Positions 10,854 through 19,568 of a stretch of DNA of 64,000 nt are shown here, piece after piece (positions within the stretch are counted from its first letter, which is position 1; every line of letters begins with the position of its first letter). Made by a program: the position numbers and the translations under genes. The notes beneath the pieces are model-generated. The model did not search any database. It was not told the DNA's origin and saw only the letters and a program-made list of their open reading frames with translations. This stretch comes from an uncultured Gammaproteobacteria bacterium (GTDB lineage Bacteria; Patescibacteriota; Patescibacteriia; Magasanikbacterales; GWA2-37-8), in assembly GCA_964355175.1 (NCBI GenBank), contig CAYHBZ010000001.1:445-64444 (forward strand). The letters run 5' to 3'.

Positions 10854-11945
10854 ATGTCCAAAGATTATTATAAAATATTAGGGGTTGAAAAAAACGCCAC
10901 TGCCGATGAAGTCAAAAAAGCTTTCAAGAAGGCGGCGATGCAACACCATCCCGATAGACCCGGCGGCGATGAAAAAAAATTCAAAGAAGCCAACGAAGCC
11001 TACCAGGTATTATCCGACGCCGATAAGCGCGCTAAATACGACCAGTTTGGTTCAGATTTTGAACAGCAGGGTGGATTTGGCGGTGGCGGTAATTGGGATG
11101 ATTTCATGCGTTCGGCTCGCGGTGGTCAGGGCGGTTTTCAGTTTGAAGGCGATCTGGGAGATATCTTTGGTGAAATGTTTGGATTTGGTGGTGGCCGCTC
11201 TCGCGGTGCTTCGCGCCAATCTCGTGGCCACGATATCCAAGTAGATGCAGAGCTGGAATTCAAAGAAGCGGCTTTTGGTGTAGAAAAACATATTCATCTG
11301 CGCAAACAAAGTGCTTGTGATGTCTGTAGTGGTAGTGGTGCTGAGCCTGGCTCCAAATTAGATACCTGTAGCACCTGTAAAGGCCAAGGGCAAGTAGTCC
11401 AGGTCCAGCGCACATTTTTGGGTGCTATGCAGACCGTAGTGACTTGTACCGATTGTCAGGGCAGGGGACAGAAGCCAAGTAAAAAATGTAAACATTGTAG
11501 TGGTAGTGGCGTAATGCAAAAAGATCAGGATATTACCGTAAAAATACCAGCTGGTATTGATGAAGGCGAATCTATTCGTCTCACTGGTTACGGTGAAGCC
11601 GCTGGACATGGAGGTCAAAGCGGAGATTTGTATGTGCGCGCCCATATTAAACCAAATAAATATTTTCATCGTGAAGGTTTTGATGTGTACACTCAAAGTG
11701 AAATTAGTTTTCCTCAAGCCGTGCTTGGTGATAAAATAGAGATAGAAACAATAGACGGTCCGGTGAAACTCATGATACCCGAAGGAATTGAATCCGGACA
11801 ATTGATAAAAGTAAAAGGTCACGGCATAACCCATCTTGGTCGCACCAGTCGCGGTGACCAATTTGTAAAAATAAAAATTCGCGTGCCAAAAAGATTTAGC
11901 CGCGAAGTGCGTAAAAAATTGGAAGATTTAAAAGACGAGTTGTAA
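10854..11945 (+). CDS. dnaJ: co-chaperone DnaJ
   Basis: J-domain (HPD), G/F-rich linker, four CxxCxGxG zinc repeats. Confidence 0.95.
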   Translation: MSKDYYKILGVEKNATADEVKKAFKKAAMQHHPDRPGGDEKKFKEANEAYQVLSDADKRAKYDQFGSDFEQQGGFGGGGNWDDFMRSARGGQGGFQFEGDLGDIFGEMFGFGGGRSRGASRQSRGHDIQVDAELEFKEAAFGVEKHIHLRKQSACDVCSGSGAEPGSKLDTCSTCKGQGQVVQVQRTFLGAMQTVVTCTDCQGRGQKPSKKCKHCSGSGVMQKDQDITVKIPAGIDEGESIRLTGYGEAAGHGGQSGDLYVRAHIKPNKYFHREGFDVYTQSEISFPQAVLGDKIEIETIDGPVKLMIPEGIESGQLIKVKGHGITHLGRTSRGDQFVKIKIRVPKRFSREVRKKLEDLKDEL

Positions 11946-11956
11946 TTTATCCTTTC

Positions 11957-11987
11957 AAAAGTATACCAGAAATGGTATACTTTTTTT
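11957..11987 (+). terminator. terminator hairpin after dnaJ
   Basis: AGTATACCA-GAAA-TGGTATACT stem with a T7 tail; abuts the next start codon. Confidence 0.65.
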
Positions 11988-12545
11988 ATGCAAGATTTAT
12001 CTGATAAAGAATTGGTAGAAAAGGCGCAAAAAGGGGATGTGCGTGCTTTTGAGCAGTTGCTTTTTCGTTATGAAAAGCAGATTTTTGGCTATCTATTGCG
12101 TTTTGTGAATCAAAAAGAAAACGCCGAAGATGTCACACAGGAAACATTTATCAAGATTTATCGCAGTTTGCACACTTTTGATCCAGATTATAAATTTAAG
12201 ACTTGGGCTTACACCGTGGCCACTCATACAGCCTATGATTGGCTAAGAAAAGCCAAAAAGACTCACGAATTATTTATTATTGATGATCCGGACAGCGCGT
12301 TTGAAACAATTGGTGAGTCCACTGCGTATAAAGATTTAGAAAACAAGGAAAATAAAGAGCTCATTGACAATGCAATCAAAAAAATAAAACCTGGTTATCA
12401 GGCCGTGTTGCTCTTGTTTTATCGAGATGAACTGGGTTATGAAGAAATCGCCGAGGTTTTAGAACTGCCTATAAATACAGTGAAAACTCATTTATATCGG
12501 GCGAAAAAAGCTTTAAGCGAAGAATTAAAGAATCCATATGAATAA
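11988..12545 (+). CDS. ECF (group IV) sigma-70 factor
   Basis: Region 2 (DVTQETFIKIYRSL...W) and region 4 HTH (YEEIAEVLELPINTVKTHLYRAKKAL). Confidence 0.9.
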   Translation: MQDLSDKELVEKAQKGDVRAFEQLLFRYEKQIFGYLLRFVNQKENAEDVTQETFIKIYRSLHTFDPDYKFKTWAYTVATHTAYDWLRKAKKTHELFIIDDPDSAFETIGESTAYKDLENKENKELIDNAIKKIKPGYQAVLLLFYRDELGYEEIAEVLELPINTVKTHLYRAKKALSEELKNPYE

Positions 12546-12957
12546 TGAAGAGCAAAACATCTCGAGTAAAATAGAAGAAATTCCCCCAAAAATGCACGGC
12601 GATATCATGCGTTCGGTCCAAGTGGTACGAAAGCGTTATTATCTCTTTGGGCTAATTACGTTTTTTGTGGCTATTTTGGCGCTGATGGTGCGCGTGGTTT
12701 ATATAAAAATGTCCGAAGAAGGAACCTTTGAATTTTTGCCGGTGATGGTGGATATTATTAAAAGTAATCTTTCTTTAGTTACGGATTTTAGTGATGAAAT
12801 ATTCGAATTTTTTCCGATTGAAAATATTGGTATAATAATTCTGGTTTTGACCGCTGTAATCATTTTATTATTAATAGTTTTTCGTTTCAGAAAAGCTCTT
12901 TTTCTCAAGGTCGATAAATTTTCTGACAGAAAAAATAATCAAAAAAGTAAAAAATAA
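12538..12957 (+). CDS. putative membrane anti-sigma factor (overlaps the sigma gene by 8 nt)
   Basis: Translational coupling to the ECF sigma, cytoplasmic N-terminus plus TM segments; no conserved motif recognised. Confidence 0.45.
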   Translation: MNNEEQNISSKIEEIPPKMHGDIMRSVQVVRKRYYLFGLITFFVAILALMVRVVYIKMSEEGTFEFLPVMVDIIKSNLSLVTDFSDEIFEFFPIENIGIIILVLTAVIILLLIVFRFRKALFLKVDKFSDRKNNQKSKK

Positions 12958-12976
12958 ATTAAATTTAATTTTATCT

Positions 12977-13621
12977 ATGAAAAAAATATTATCCAGTTTG
13001 TTTGTTTTGGGTCTAATGCTTTCCGCTCTTCCAGCTTCCGCAGTTGAGGTAAACGCCAACGCCAATGTAAAAGCTGAAACAAAAATTGAAGCCAAGGAAG
13101 TCAAGAAGGAAATAAAAAATATCATTAAAGAAACCAAAGAGGCCAAGAAGGAGATAACTCAGAAAGCGGTAATGGAGAAAAAAGCCGTTACTCAAAAAGC
13201 CGTCGCCGATCGCAAAGCGATTAACGAAAAAGCCAAGGAGATGGTTCAAAAATTAAAAGATGAAAGAAAACAAAAGCAAGAAGTAGTCAAAGCCAAAGCG
13301 GTGGCTATAAAAGCTTTGGAAAAGACTAAGGTAGAAGCCAAGAAAGCTGCTCAAAAAGAATACAACGAAGCTTTGAAAAAAGCCGGTGTTGATCTAAAAG
13401 TAGCTGTTGCCAGCAGTGCCGATGCTGTGGCCAAGAAAGCCGCCGTCACTGTTTTTAACACTACCAAGAAAGCCGCTTTAGAGAAGTTTAAAGTCACAAA
13501 TAAAGCCGCTGAAGCCGCTTTTAAAGCCGGTAAAGCCGCGCTGAAAGCCCAGGTTGTAGTCAGTGCTAGCGCTACTACTACTGGTTCTGCCAGCACTCAG
13601 ACTACTACCACCGCTCAGTAA
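12977..13621 (+). CDS. secreted Lys/Ala-rich protein with 11-mer amphipathic repeats
   Basis: Signal peptide (ALPASA-VEV), repeated KAV..K/KKA units, Thr-rich C-terminal tail. Confidence 0.7.
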   Translation: MKKILSSLFVLGLMLSALPASAVEVNANANVKAETKIEAKEVKKEIKNIIKETKEAKKEITQKAVMEKKAVTQKAVADRKAINEKAKEMVQKLKDERKQKQEVVKAKAVAIKALEKTKVEAKKAAQKEYNEALKKAGVDLKVAVASSADAVAKKAAVTVFNTTKKAALEKFKVTNKAAEAAFKAGKAALKAQVVVSASATTTGSASTQTTTTAQ

Positions 13622-13631
13622 ATTAAAATTA

Positions 13632-13664
13632 AAAACCTCTCGATTATTTTGAGAGGTTTTTTTT
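13632..13664. terminator. bidirectional terminator (A-run / hairpin / T-run)
   Basis: AACCTCTC...GAGAGGTT stem flanked by A5 and T8; lies between convergent genes. Confidence 0.7.
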
Positions 13665-14054
13665 GTCCAAAGTTTCGTTTACTTGTTTGTCGGCTTCTTT
13701 ATTACTTTCACGAAATATATGGTGGTAAGTGATTTTTTTGAAAGCAGTGGAGGCGTTGTAAGCTTGGACAAATAATTTTTGCAGTCCAGGATCGCGAACT
13801 TTATATTTGCCCTGCATTTGTTTGGTCACTAGCTCACTGTCGAGCCGGCATTCCACTTCGGTCGCACCTAGTTCTTTGGCGCGTTTGAGCGCGGAAATGA
13901 GTGCGGAATATTCGGCAAAGTTGTTCGTTTGCTCACCCAGATATTCGCCATAGGCATCAATAGTATGTCCGGCTTCATCTTTTATGACAATCCCAGTCGC
14001 CGCTGGACCGGGGTTGCCGCGCGCACCGCCGTCCGTAAAAGTAATTAATCGCAT
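13644..14054 (-). CDS. rnhA: ribonuclease HI
   Basis: TDGGARGNPGPAA, NNFAEYSAL, DSELVTKQM, RESNKEAD catalytic-motif pattern. Confidence 0.85.
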   Translation of the reverse strand: MRLITFTDGGARGNPGPAATGIVIKDEAGHTIDAYGEYLGEQTNNFAEYSALISALKRAKELGATEVECRLDSELVTKQMQGKYKVRDPGLQKLFVQAYNASTAFKKITYHHIFRESNKEADKQVNETLDKKNLSK

Positions 14055-14060
14055 ATTATT

Positions 14061-15389
14061 TTAATAATTTATTTTCCACAGTCCATCTTGATTGTCTAGC
14101 TTACCGGAAAAGTATAAAATTCTATTTTGTCCATCGGACACGGCATCGGAAATAGATTGGTTAATTAAGGTATGGTTTACAAAATAGTAGGGGAACAGAA
14201 CAGTCATTTTATCAGCCCAAATCAGGCCTAGTGTATTGTTTTCGTCCAGCACTACTACTTTATTTAATTTTTCACCGGAACGATTCAATAAAAACGGTTC
14301 TTCGCCGCGGCTATAGGTGGTAATTTCCCACGGTGTCCACATTATCCACCAATTATTATAAGGCGAATTTAAAAATTTTTCACCATAAAAATTATATTGA
14401 GATCCCTGATAGCCCAAAAGCATTTCGGATTGGTTTATTTTTTTTAATAAAATTTGATTATCGTTTGTTTGTATAAAATTCCAGTTTGGGTCATTGAGGG
14501 TGATAAAAGTTTGTTTAAAACCAAAAGTATTTTTTATTACCACAAACTGATCGGTAGAAGAAGGTTTTTGAATGCTCCATATCTGGCGATTATCCGTCCA
14601 CCAGTCCAGAAAATTATTTTTACCAAGGGTAGTTTTTTGTTTAGTGGCGGTATCGATTATTGTTAGTTGAGTTTTTGTGGAATAATAAATTTCGGCATCG
14701 TAGGCATCGCTCCAATGCCATTTGATAATTTTATTTTTTTCTTCTTTGGCTAGATCCCAATTTTGTTGCGGTTCGGTGGTGTCTACTATCTGAATCTGAG
14801 AATTATCATCCGCGCCAATAGCAAAAATATTAGCGTTTTCAAACCATTGGATTTTATATTTTTTGAGTTTATCGCTGGTTAAAATAAGAGTATCTTGCTT
14901 CTCTACAAGATCACGCAGATAAAATTCCTGATTTTTTTCATTATTTTTTTGATATACGAGATATTTTTTATCGGCTGACAGTGATAGTTCTCCAACTTGT
15001 CCGTCAATAATTTTTTCCGCAACTGATTTTTTTATTAATTTTATTTCCTTGATATAGACAGTCTGTTTGGTTTCTACGGTAATTTCTTTTTCCCAGTCAT
15101 AAAATCCATCCGCGGTGATTTTTATTTTATATTTGCCCGGAGAAACATTTTTTAGACGAAGCGGCATTTTACCGGTGATTTTCATGTCGTTCAAAAAGAC
15201 GGCGGCATTTTTTGGTAAAATATCCACACTGATTGCGCCGATTTCTTGGATGATGCCGTTTTTGAAATCATAGCGATAGCCAGCCGTATACATTACCAAT
15301 AGGGGGGAGATGATGAAAAAAGCGGTAATAAAAAAAGCCAACATTGTTAGTCGCCATGGTCTGGTAAATTTACTCCCAGGATATTCCAT
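14061..15389 (-). CDS. membrane-anchored PEGA-domain protein with a C-terminal beta-rich region
   Basis: TM, then PEGA-like ILPKNAAVFLNDMKITGKMPLRLKNVSPGKYKIKITADGFYDWEKEI; an upstream in-frame extension to 15464 is possible. Confidence 0.55.
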   Translation of the reverse strand: MEYPGSKFTRPWRLTMLAFFITAFFIISPLLVMYTAGYRYDFKNGIIQEIGAISVDILPKNAAVFLNDMKITGKMPLRLKNVSPGKYKIKITADGFYDWEKEITVETKQTVYIKEIKLIKKSVAEKIIDGQVGELSLSADKKYLVYQKNNEKNQEFYLRDLVEKQDTLILTSDKLKKYKIQWFENANIFAIGADDNSQIQIVDTTEPQQNWDLAKEEKNKIIKWHWSDAYDAEIYYSTKTQLTIIDTATKQKTTLGKNNFLDWWTDNRQIWSIQKPSSTDQFVVIKNTFGFKQTFITLNDPNWNFIQTNDNQILLKKINQSEMLLGYQGSQYNFYGEKFLNSPYNNWWIMWTPWEITTYSRGEEPFLLNRSGEKLNKVVVLDENNTLGLIWADKMTVLFPYYFVNHTLINQSISDAVSDGQNRILYFSGKLDNQDGLWKINY

Positions 15390-15469
15390 AAGTAGGTTTG
15401 CGCGAATTAATTCTTTGTAGTATAGTATATAATATAAAAAAAGAAAAGCCTTTAAAATACGCATAAAAC

Positions 15470-16771
15470 ATGTCGTACCTTATTATCAACGGTGGAAAAA
15501 AATTAAAAGGAACGGTAGATACTCAATCAGCGAAGAATTCGGCGGTGGCCCTTTTGTGCGCGGCGGTGATGATCAAAGGAAAAACCACCTTATCCGATAT
15601 GCCTCAAATCCAAGAAGTGAGTCGTATTATTGAATTATTACAAAGTATTGGGGTGAAAACTCGCTGGGTGAAAGATAATATTTTGGAAGTAGATGCCAGC
15701 TGGGAGCTCAAGATGAATAAAATTGATGTGAACGCTTCGGAGAAAACCCGAGCCTCAATATTCTTCTGGGGCGCTTTGGCGTCTCGCGTAAAAAGTTATA
15801 AATTACCAAAATCCGGCGGTTGTCATTTGGGCGAGCGCACTGTGCGTCCGCATTGGTACGCTTTGGAAAAATTAGGGGTAAAAGTGAAATCTACCGATTC
15901 TAATTATATTGTAAAAAATTCCGCTCTGAAAGGAGCCTGTATAGTAATGTACGAATCCGGGGATACTACTACTGAAAATGTAATAATGGCGGCCGTGCTG
16001 GCCCAGGGAAAAACCACCATAAAAATGGCCTCGGCCAATTATCAGGTCCAAGACCTTTGTTATTTCTTGATAAAAGCCGGTGCCAAAATAAAAGGTGTCG
16101 GCACTACTACTCTGGAAATAGAGGGTGTGTCAGCCTTGCAGTCGGTAGATTATCCGGTGATGCCGGATCCAATAGTAGCGATGACTTTTATTTCGGTGGC
16201 GATTACTACTGCCTCAAATCTCACAATAAAAAATTGCCCTTTGGAATTTTTGGAGCTTGAACTTTGTAAATTAGATGTAATGGGACAGAAGTATAAAATT
16301 AAAAATGAGCGTTTATCCAAAAATGGACATTTCAAAATCGTGGATATTGAAATAGTGCCGAGTAAACTAATGGCTCTGCCGGATAAAATCTACGGACGAC
16401 CATTTCCTGGTCTTAATATCGACAATTTACCACTCTTCATTCCTATTCTTACTCAGGCTCAGGGGCGTACGCTAGTGCATGATTGGGCCTTTGAAAATAG
16501 AGCTGTCTATGCCCTTGAATTGCAAAAATTGGGAGCGGATGTCACTTTGCTAGATTCGCATCGTCTGTGGGTAGAAGGTCCTACGAAATTTGCCGCGACC
16601 GAACTAATGTCGCCGCCGGCTCTGCGACCCGCCGTAAATGTGCTGATCTGTATGTTGGCCGCCAGTGGCAAATCAATTTTGCGCAATACCTATGTGATTG
16701 ACAGGGGTTATGAAAATTTGTACTCGGTATTAAATTCCGTCGGTGCTGATATTAAAATCGTAAAAGAATAA
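15470..16771 (+). CDS. murA: UDP-N-acetylglucosamine 1-carboxyvinyltransferase MurA
   Basis: LIINGGKKLKGTV..AKNSAVALL, active-site loop with Cys (KSGGCHLGERTVRPH). Confidence 0.85.
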   Translation: MSYLIINGGKKLKGTVDTQSAKNSAVALLCAAVMIKGKTTLSDMPQIQEVSRIIELLQSIGVKTRWVKDNILEVDASWELKMNKIDVNASEKTRASIFFWGALASRVKSYKLPKSGGCHLGERTVRPHWYALEKLGVKVKSTDSNYIVKNSALKGACIVMYESGDTTTENVIMAAVLAQGKTTIKMASANYQVQDLCYFLIKAGAKIKGVGTTTLEIEGVSALQSVDYPVMPDPIVAMTFISVAITTASNLTIKNCPLEFLELELCKLDVMGQKYKIKNERLSKNGHFKIVDIEIVPSKLMALPDKIYGRPFPGLNIDNLPLFIPILTQAQGRTLVHDWAFENRAVYALELQKLGADVTLLDSHRLWVEGPTKFAATELMSPPALRPAVNVLICMLAASGKSILRNTYVIDRGYENLYSVLNSVGADIKIVKE

Positions 16772-16775
16772 ATTT

Positions 16776-18062
16776 ATGACAGATCAAATAAATCCAACTA
16801 AAGACAGAGCGCGTAAATACGCCGGAGTTTATTTTACTATTATCATGTCCGTGGCTTTGTTTGGTCTGGGTGTGGTGGCTGGTCAAGCGATGGATTCCAA
16901 ACGCCTGATAAGTCAGGCAGCAGAAAATTCCACTTGGTCTACTTCGGTTATCAATCTGGATAAAAATCAGACTAATTCCCGAGAAGTTGACTTCCAACAA
17001 TTTTGGGAAGTTTGGGATAAAGTTAAAAGTAAATACGCTAAACAACCGGTAAAAGATTCTGATTTGTTTTATGGAGCGATGCAGGGAATGGTGTCTGGGC
17101 TTGGCGATCCATATACTGTATATTTTCCTCCAAAACAAGCGGAAGAATTTAATAAAAGTTTGGATGGTGAATTTAGCGGCATCGGAGCCGAAATCGGTGT
17201 AAAAAATAACCAATTATTAATTATTGCTCCATTGTCGGGTACGCCGGCGGAAAAGGCCGGTTTGTTGCCGGGAGATAAAATTTACGCGATTGATAAGTTG
17301 GTCAGTATTAGTATGGACAGTAATACCGCGGTAGAAAAAATTCGCGGCACCGCCGGTACGAATGTGACGCTTAGTATTATGCGCGCCGGTTTTACGAAGC
17401 CAAAAGATTTTGTAATCACTCGCGCCAAAATCAGTGTGCCGTCTGTAATGTTTTCGATAAAAAATAAAAATGTTGCCTATATCCGCATCATGCAATTTAA
17501 TCAAGATACCGTACCACAGTTTGATAAAGCTATCAAACAAATTCAAGATAAAAAACTCACCAAATTAATTGTAGATTTGCGTAATAATCCTGGTGGGTAT
17601 CTGGATGCCGCTGTAGCGGTGGCCAGTGAGTGGATACCGGAAGGAAAAGTTGTGAGTGAAAAATTCAGTAACGGCGACAGTAATGATCATCATACTATCG
17701 GCACCCATCGTTTGCAAGATATAAAGACCGTGGTGTTGCTAAATGGTGGCTCCGCTTCGGCCAGCGAAATTTTGGCCGGTGCTTTGCAAGACTTTAAAAA
17801 AGCCACTATCGTAGGCGAAAAGAGTTTTGGTAAAGGTTCGGTGCAGGATTATGAAATGCTTAGTGATGGGTCGGCTTTGAAAGTAACCGTAGCTGAATGG
17901 TATACTCCAAACGGTAAAAATATTAATGAACAAGGCATACAACCAGATGTGGTGGTGAAAGAAGATTGGGCTAAACAAAAAGTAGGGGAGGATGTGATGT
18001 TGCAGAAAGCGTTTGGCGTGTTTCTTCCGAAACCTGCGGCTAAGGCGGTTATCAAAAAATAA
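16776..18062 (+). CDS. ctpA: C-terminal processing peptidase (S41, CtpA/Prc)
   Basis: PDZ (GIGAEIG...GDKIYAIDK), LRNNPGGYL, catalytic GGSASASEILAGAL...GKGSVQ. Confidence 0.85.
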   Translation: MTDQINPTKDRARKYAGVYFTIIMSVALFGLGVVAGQAMDSKRLISQAAENSTWSTSVINLDKNQTNSREVDFQQFWEVWDKVKSKYAKQPVKDSDLFYGAMQGMVSGLGDPYTVYFPPKQAEEFNKSLDGEFSGIGAEIGVKNNQLLIIAPLSGTPAEKAGLLPGDKIYAIDKLVSISMDSNTAVEKIRGTAGTNVTLSIMRAGFTKPKDFVITRAKISVPSVMFSIKNKNVAYIRIMQFNQDTVPQFDKAIKQIQDKKLTKLIVDLRNNPGGYLDAAVAVASEWIPEGKVVSEKFSNGDSNDHHTIGTHRLQDIKTVVLLNGGSASASEILAGALQDFKKATIVGEKSFGKGSVQDYEMLSDGSALKVTVAEWYTPNGKNINEQGIQPDVVVKEDWAKQKVGEDVMLQKAFGVFLPKPAAKAVIKK

Positions 18063-18070
18063 AATAAAAA

Positions 18071-18105
18071 ATATCCCCCGACTGAGTCGGGGGATATTTT
18101 TTTTG
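18071..18105. terminator. bidirectional terminator between ctpA and era
   Basis: ATATCCCCCGAC-TGAG-GTCGGGGGATAT stem with T8. Confidence 0.8.
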
Positions 18106-18107
18106 TT

Positions 18108-19004
18108 TTAAACTCTTTCTTCCCAGTGTTTATCGGTTTCTACTTCTAGTTGTAAGAATATTTTGCTGTTGAGCGCTGTTGCCAATTCCTTGCGGGCGGC
18201 AATGCCGATTTCTTTTAGAGCGCGTCCGCCTTTGCCGATGATCATTTTTTTGTATCGAGCGTCGGAGGTGGCAATAATGGCATCGATTACGATGATATCT
18301 GCTTTTACTTCAATGTTTTCTACCTTTACGCTGATAGTGTATGGCACTTCTTTACGTAGCGCCAAGAGAATCTTTTCGCGGATAATTTCTGATACCCACT
18401 GGCTTTTTCCAATGTTGGTGATTTGATCACCGTCGTACATTGGTTCGCCTACCGGTAATAGTTCAAATACTTTTGCTTTGATTGGCTGGATATGGCGATT
18501 GAGTAAAGCAGAAGATTCAAACACGGCATCAAATTCTTCGCCGAGATTTTTATAGTCCGCCAAGAATGTTTTTTCTTTTTCTGGTAGGTCGCATTTGTTT
18601 ATTACCAAAAGTTTGGGTATAGATAGTTTGCGTAAAATGGAAAGAATGAATCTTTCTTCCGCGCCGATTGGTTTGGTAGGGTCTACTACATACAATATTT
18701 CGTCGATCTCTTTTACGGCTTCTTCTACTTTTTCTACCAGTCGGCCAGCTATAGGATTATTCTTTTCCTTCAATACACCCGGGGTATCTACAAAAATAGC
18801 CTGTCCTTCGCCAGTATTGAGTACGCCGTGAATAATATCGCGGGTAGTCTGCGGTTTGTGGGTAACGGCGGCCAGTTTGGTACCTATTAAAGTGTTTAAT
18901 AGCGTGGATTTACCGGTGTTGGAACGACCTACAATAGTAATAAAACCGCATTTAAAAGCAGGTTTTTCGGCCATAGGTTTTTTGCGTTCAGGTTTTTTTG
19001 TCAT
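18108..19004 (-). CDS. era: GTPase Era
   Basis: G1 GRSNTGKST, G2 T, DTPG; KH-domain C-terminus. Confidence 0.9.
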   Translation of the reverse strand: MTKKPERKKPMAEKPAFKCGFITIVGRSNTGKSTLLNTLIGTKLAAVTHKPQTTRDIIHGVLNTGEGQAIFVDTPGVLKEKNNPIAGRLVEKVEEAVKEIDEILYVVDPTKPIGAEERFILSILRKLSIPKLLVINKCDLPEKEKTFLADYKNLGEEFDAVFESSALLNRHIQPIKAKVFELLPVGEPMYDGDQITNIGKSQWVSEIIREKILLALRKEVPYTISVKVENIEVKADIIVIDAIIATSDARYKKMIIGKGGRALKEIGIAARKELATALNSKIFLQLEVETDKHWEERV

Positions 19005-19073
19005 AAAGTATTGTTATTTTTAACCATCAGTGGTATAATACTAGCGTAAAACGGTCAATATTGCAAGCTAAAT

Positions 19074-19514
19074 ATGAAAGTAGTGCTATTACAAGAAGTG
19101 AAAGGTTTGGGTAAAGCCGATGAAATAAAAGAGGTCAACGAAGGCTATGCCCGCAATTTTCTCTTCCCCAAACATTGGGCAGTGGTCGCCAAAGATAAAG
19201 CACTCAAAGAATTGAGTGATAAGAAACTAAAACAATCCAAAGATGCTGAACTTGATTTGAAGACCCAGCAAGAATTGGCCGCCAAGCTCGATGGTATCGA
19301 AATTAATATCAAAGAAAAAGCTAGTGAAGCCGGTGTTTTATACGCCGCTGTCGGTCAGGCCAAGATTATGCAGGAGCTCTCTAGACGCGGAACAAAAATT
19401 GAGCGCAATCAGCTCGAAAATAAGACTATCAAAAAAGCTGGTGAATATTCGGTAAAAGTAAAACTACGCCATGGGTTGGAGGCTGAAATCATGGTCCGAG
19501 TTGAGACCCTTTAA
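19074..19514 (+). CDS. rplI: 50S ribosomal protein L9
   Basis: MKVVLLQEVKGLGKADEIKEVNEGYARNFLFP N-terminal signature. Confidence 0.9.
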   Translation: MKVVLLQEVKGLGKADEIKEVNEGYARNFLFPKHWAVVAKDKALKELSDKKLKQSKDAELDLKTQQELAAKLDGIEINIKEKASEAGVLYAAVGQAKIMQELSRRGTKIERNQLENKTIKKAGEYSVKVKLRHGLEAEIMVRVETL

Positions 19515-19515
19515 A

Positions 19516-19545
19516 AACGGACGAAGTAGTGTCCGTTTTTGATTT
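19516..19545 (+). terminator. terminator after rplI
   Basis: AACGGAC-loop-GTCCGTT stem with a T-run. Confidence 0.7.
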
Positions 19546-19568
19546 TTTATATTATATAATTAAAGTTT

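Noticed and set aside
10885-11244. 119-aa plus-strand ORF overlapping dnaJ in another frame
   Set aside because: It lies entirely inside the well-supported dnaJ CDS, and its composition is Arg/Lys-rich low complexity.
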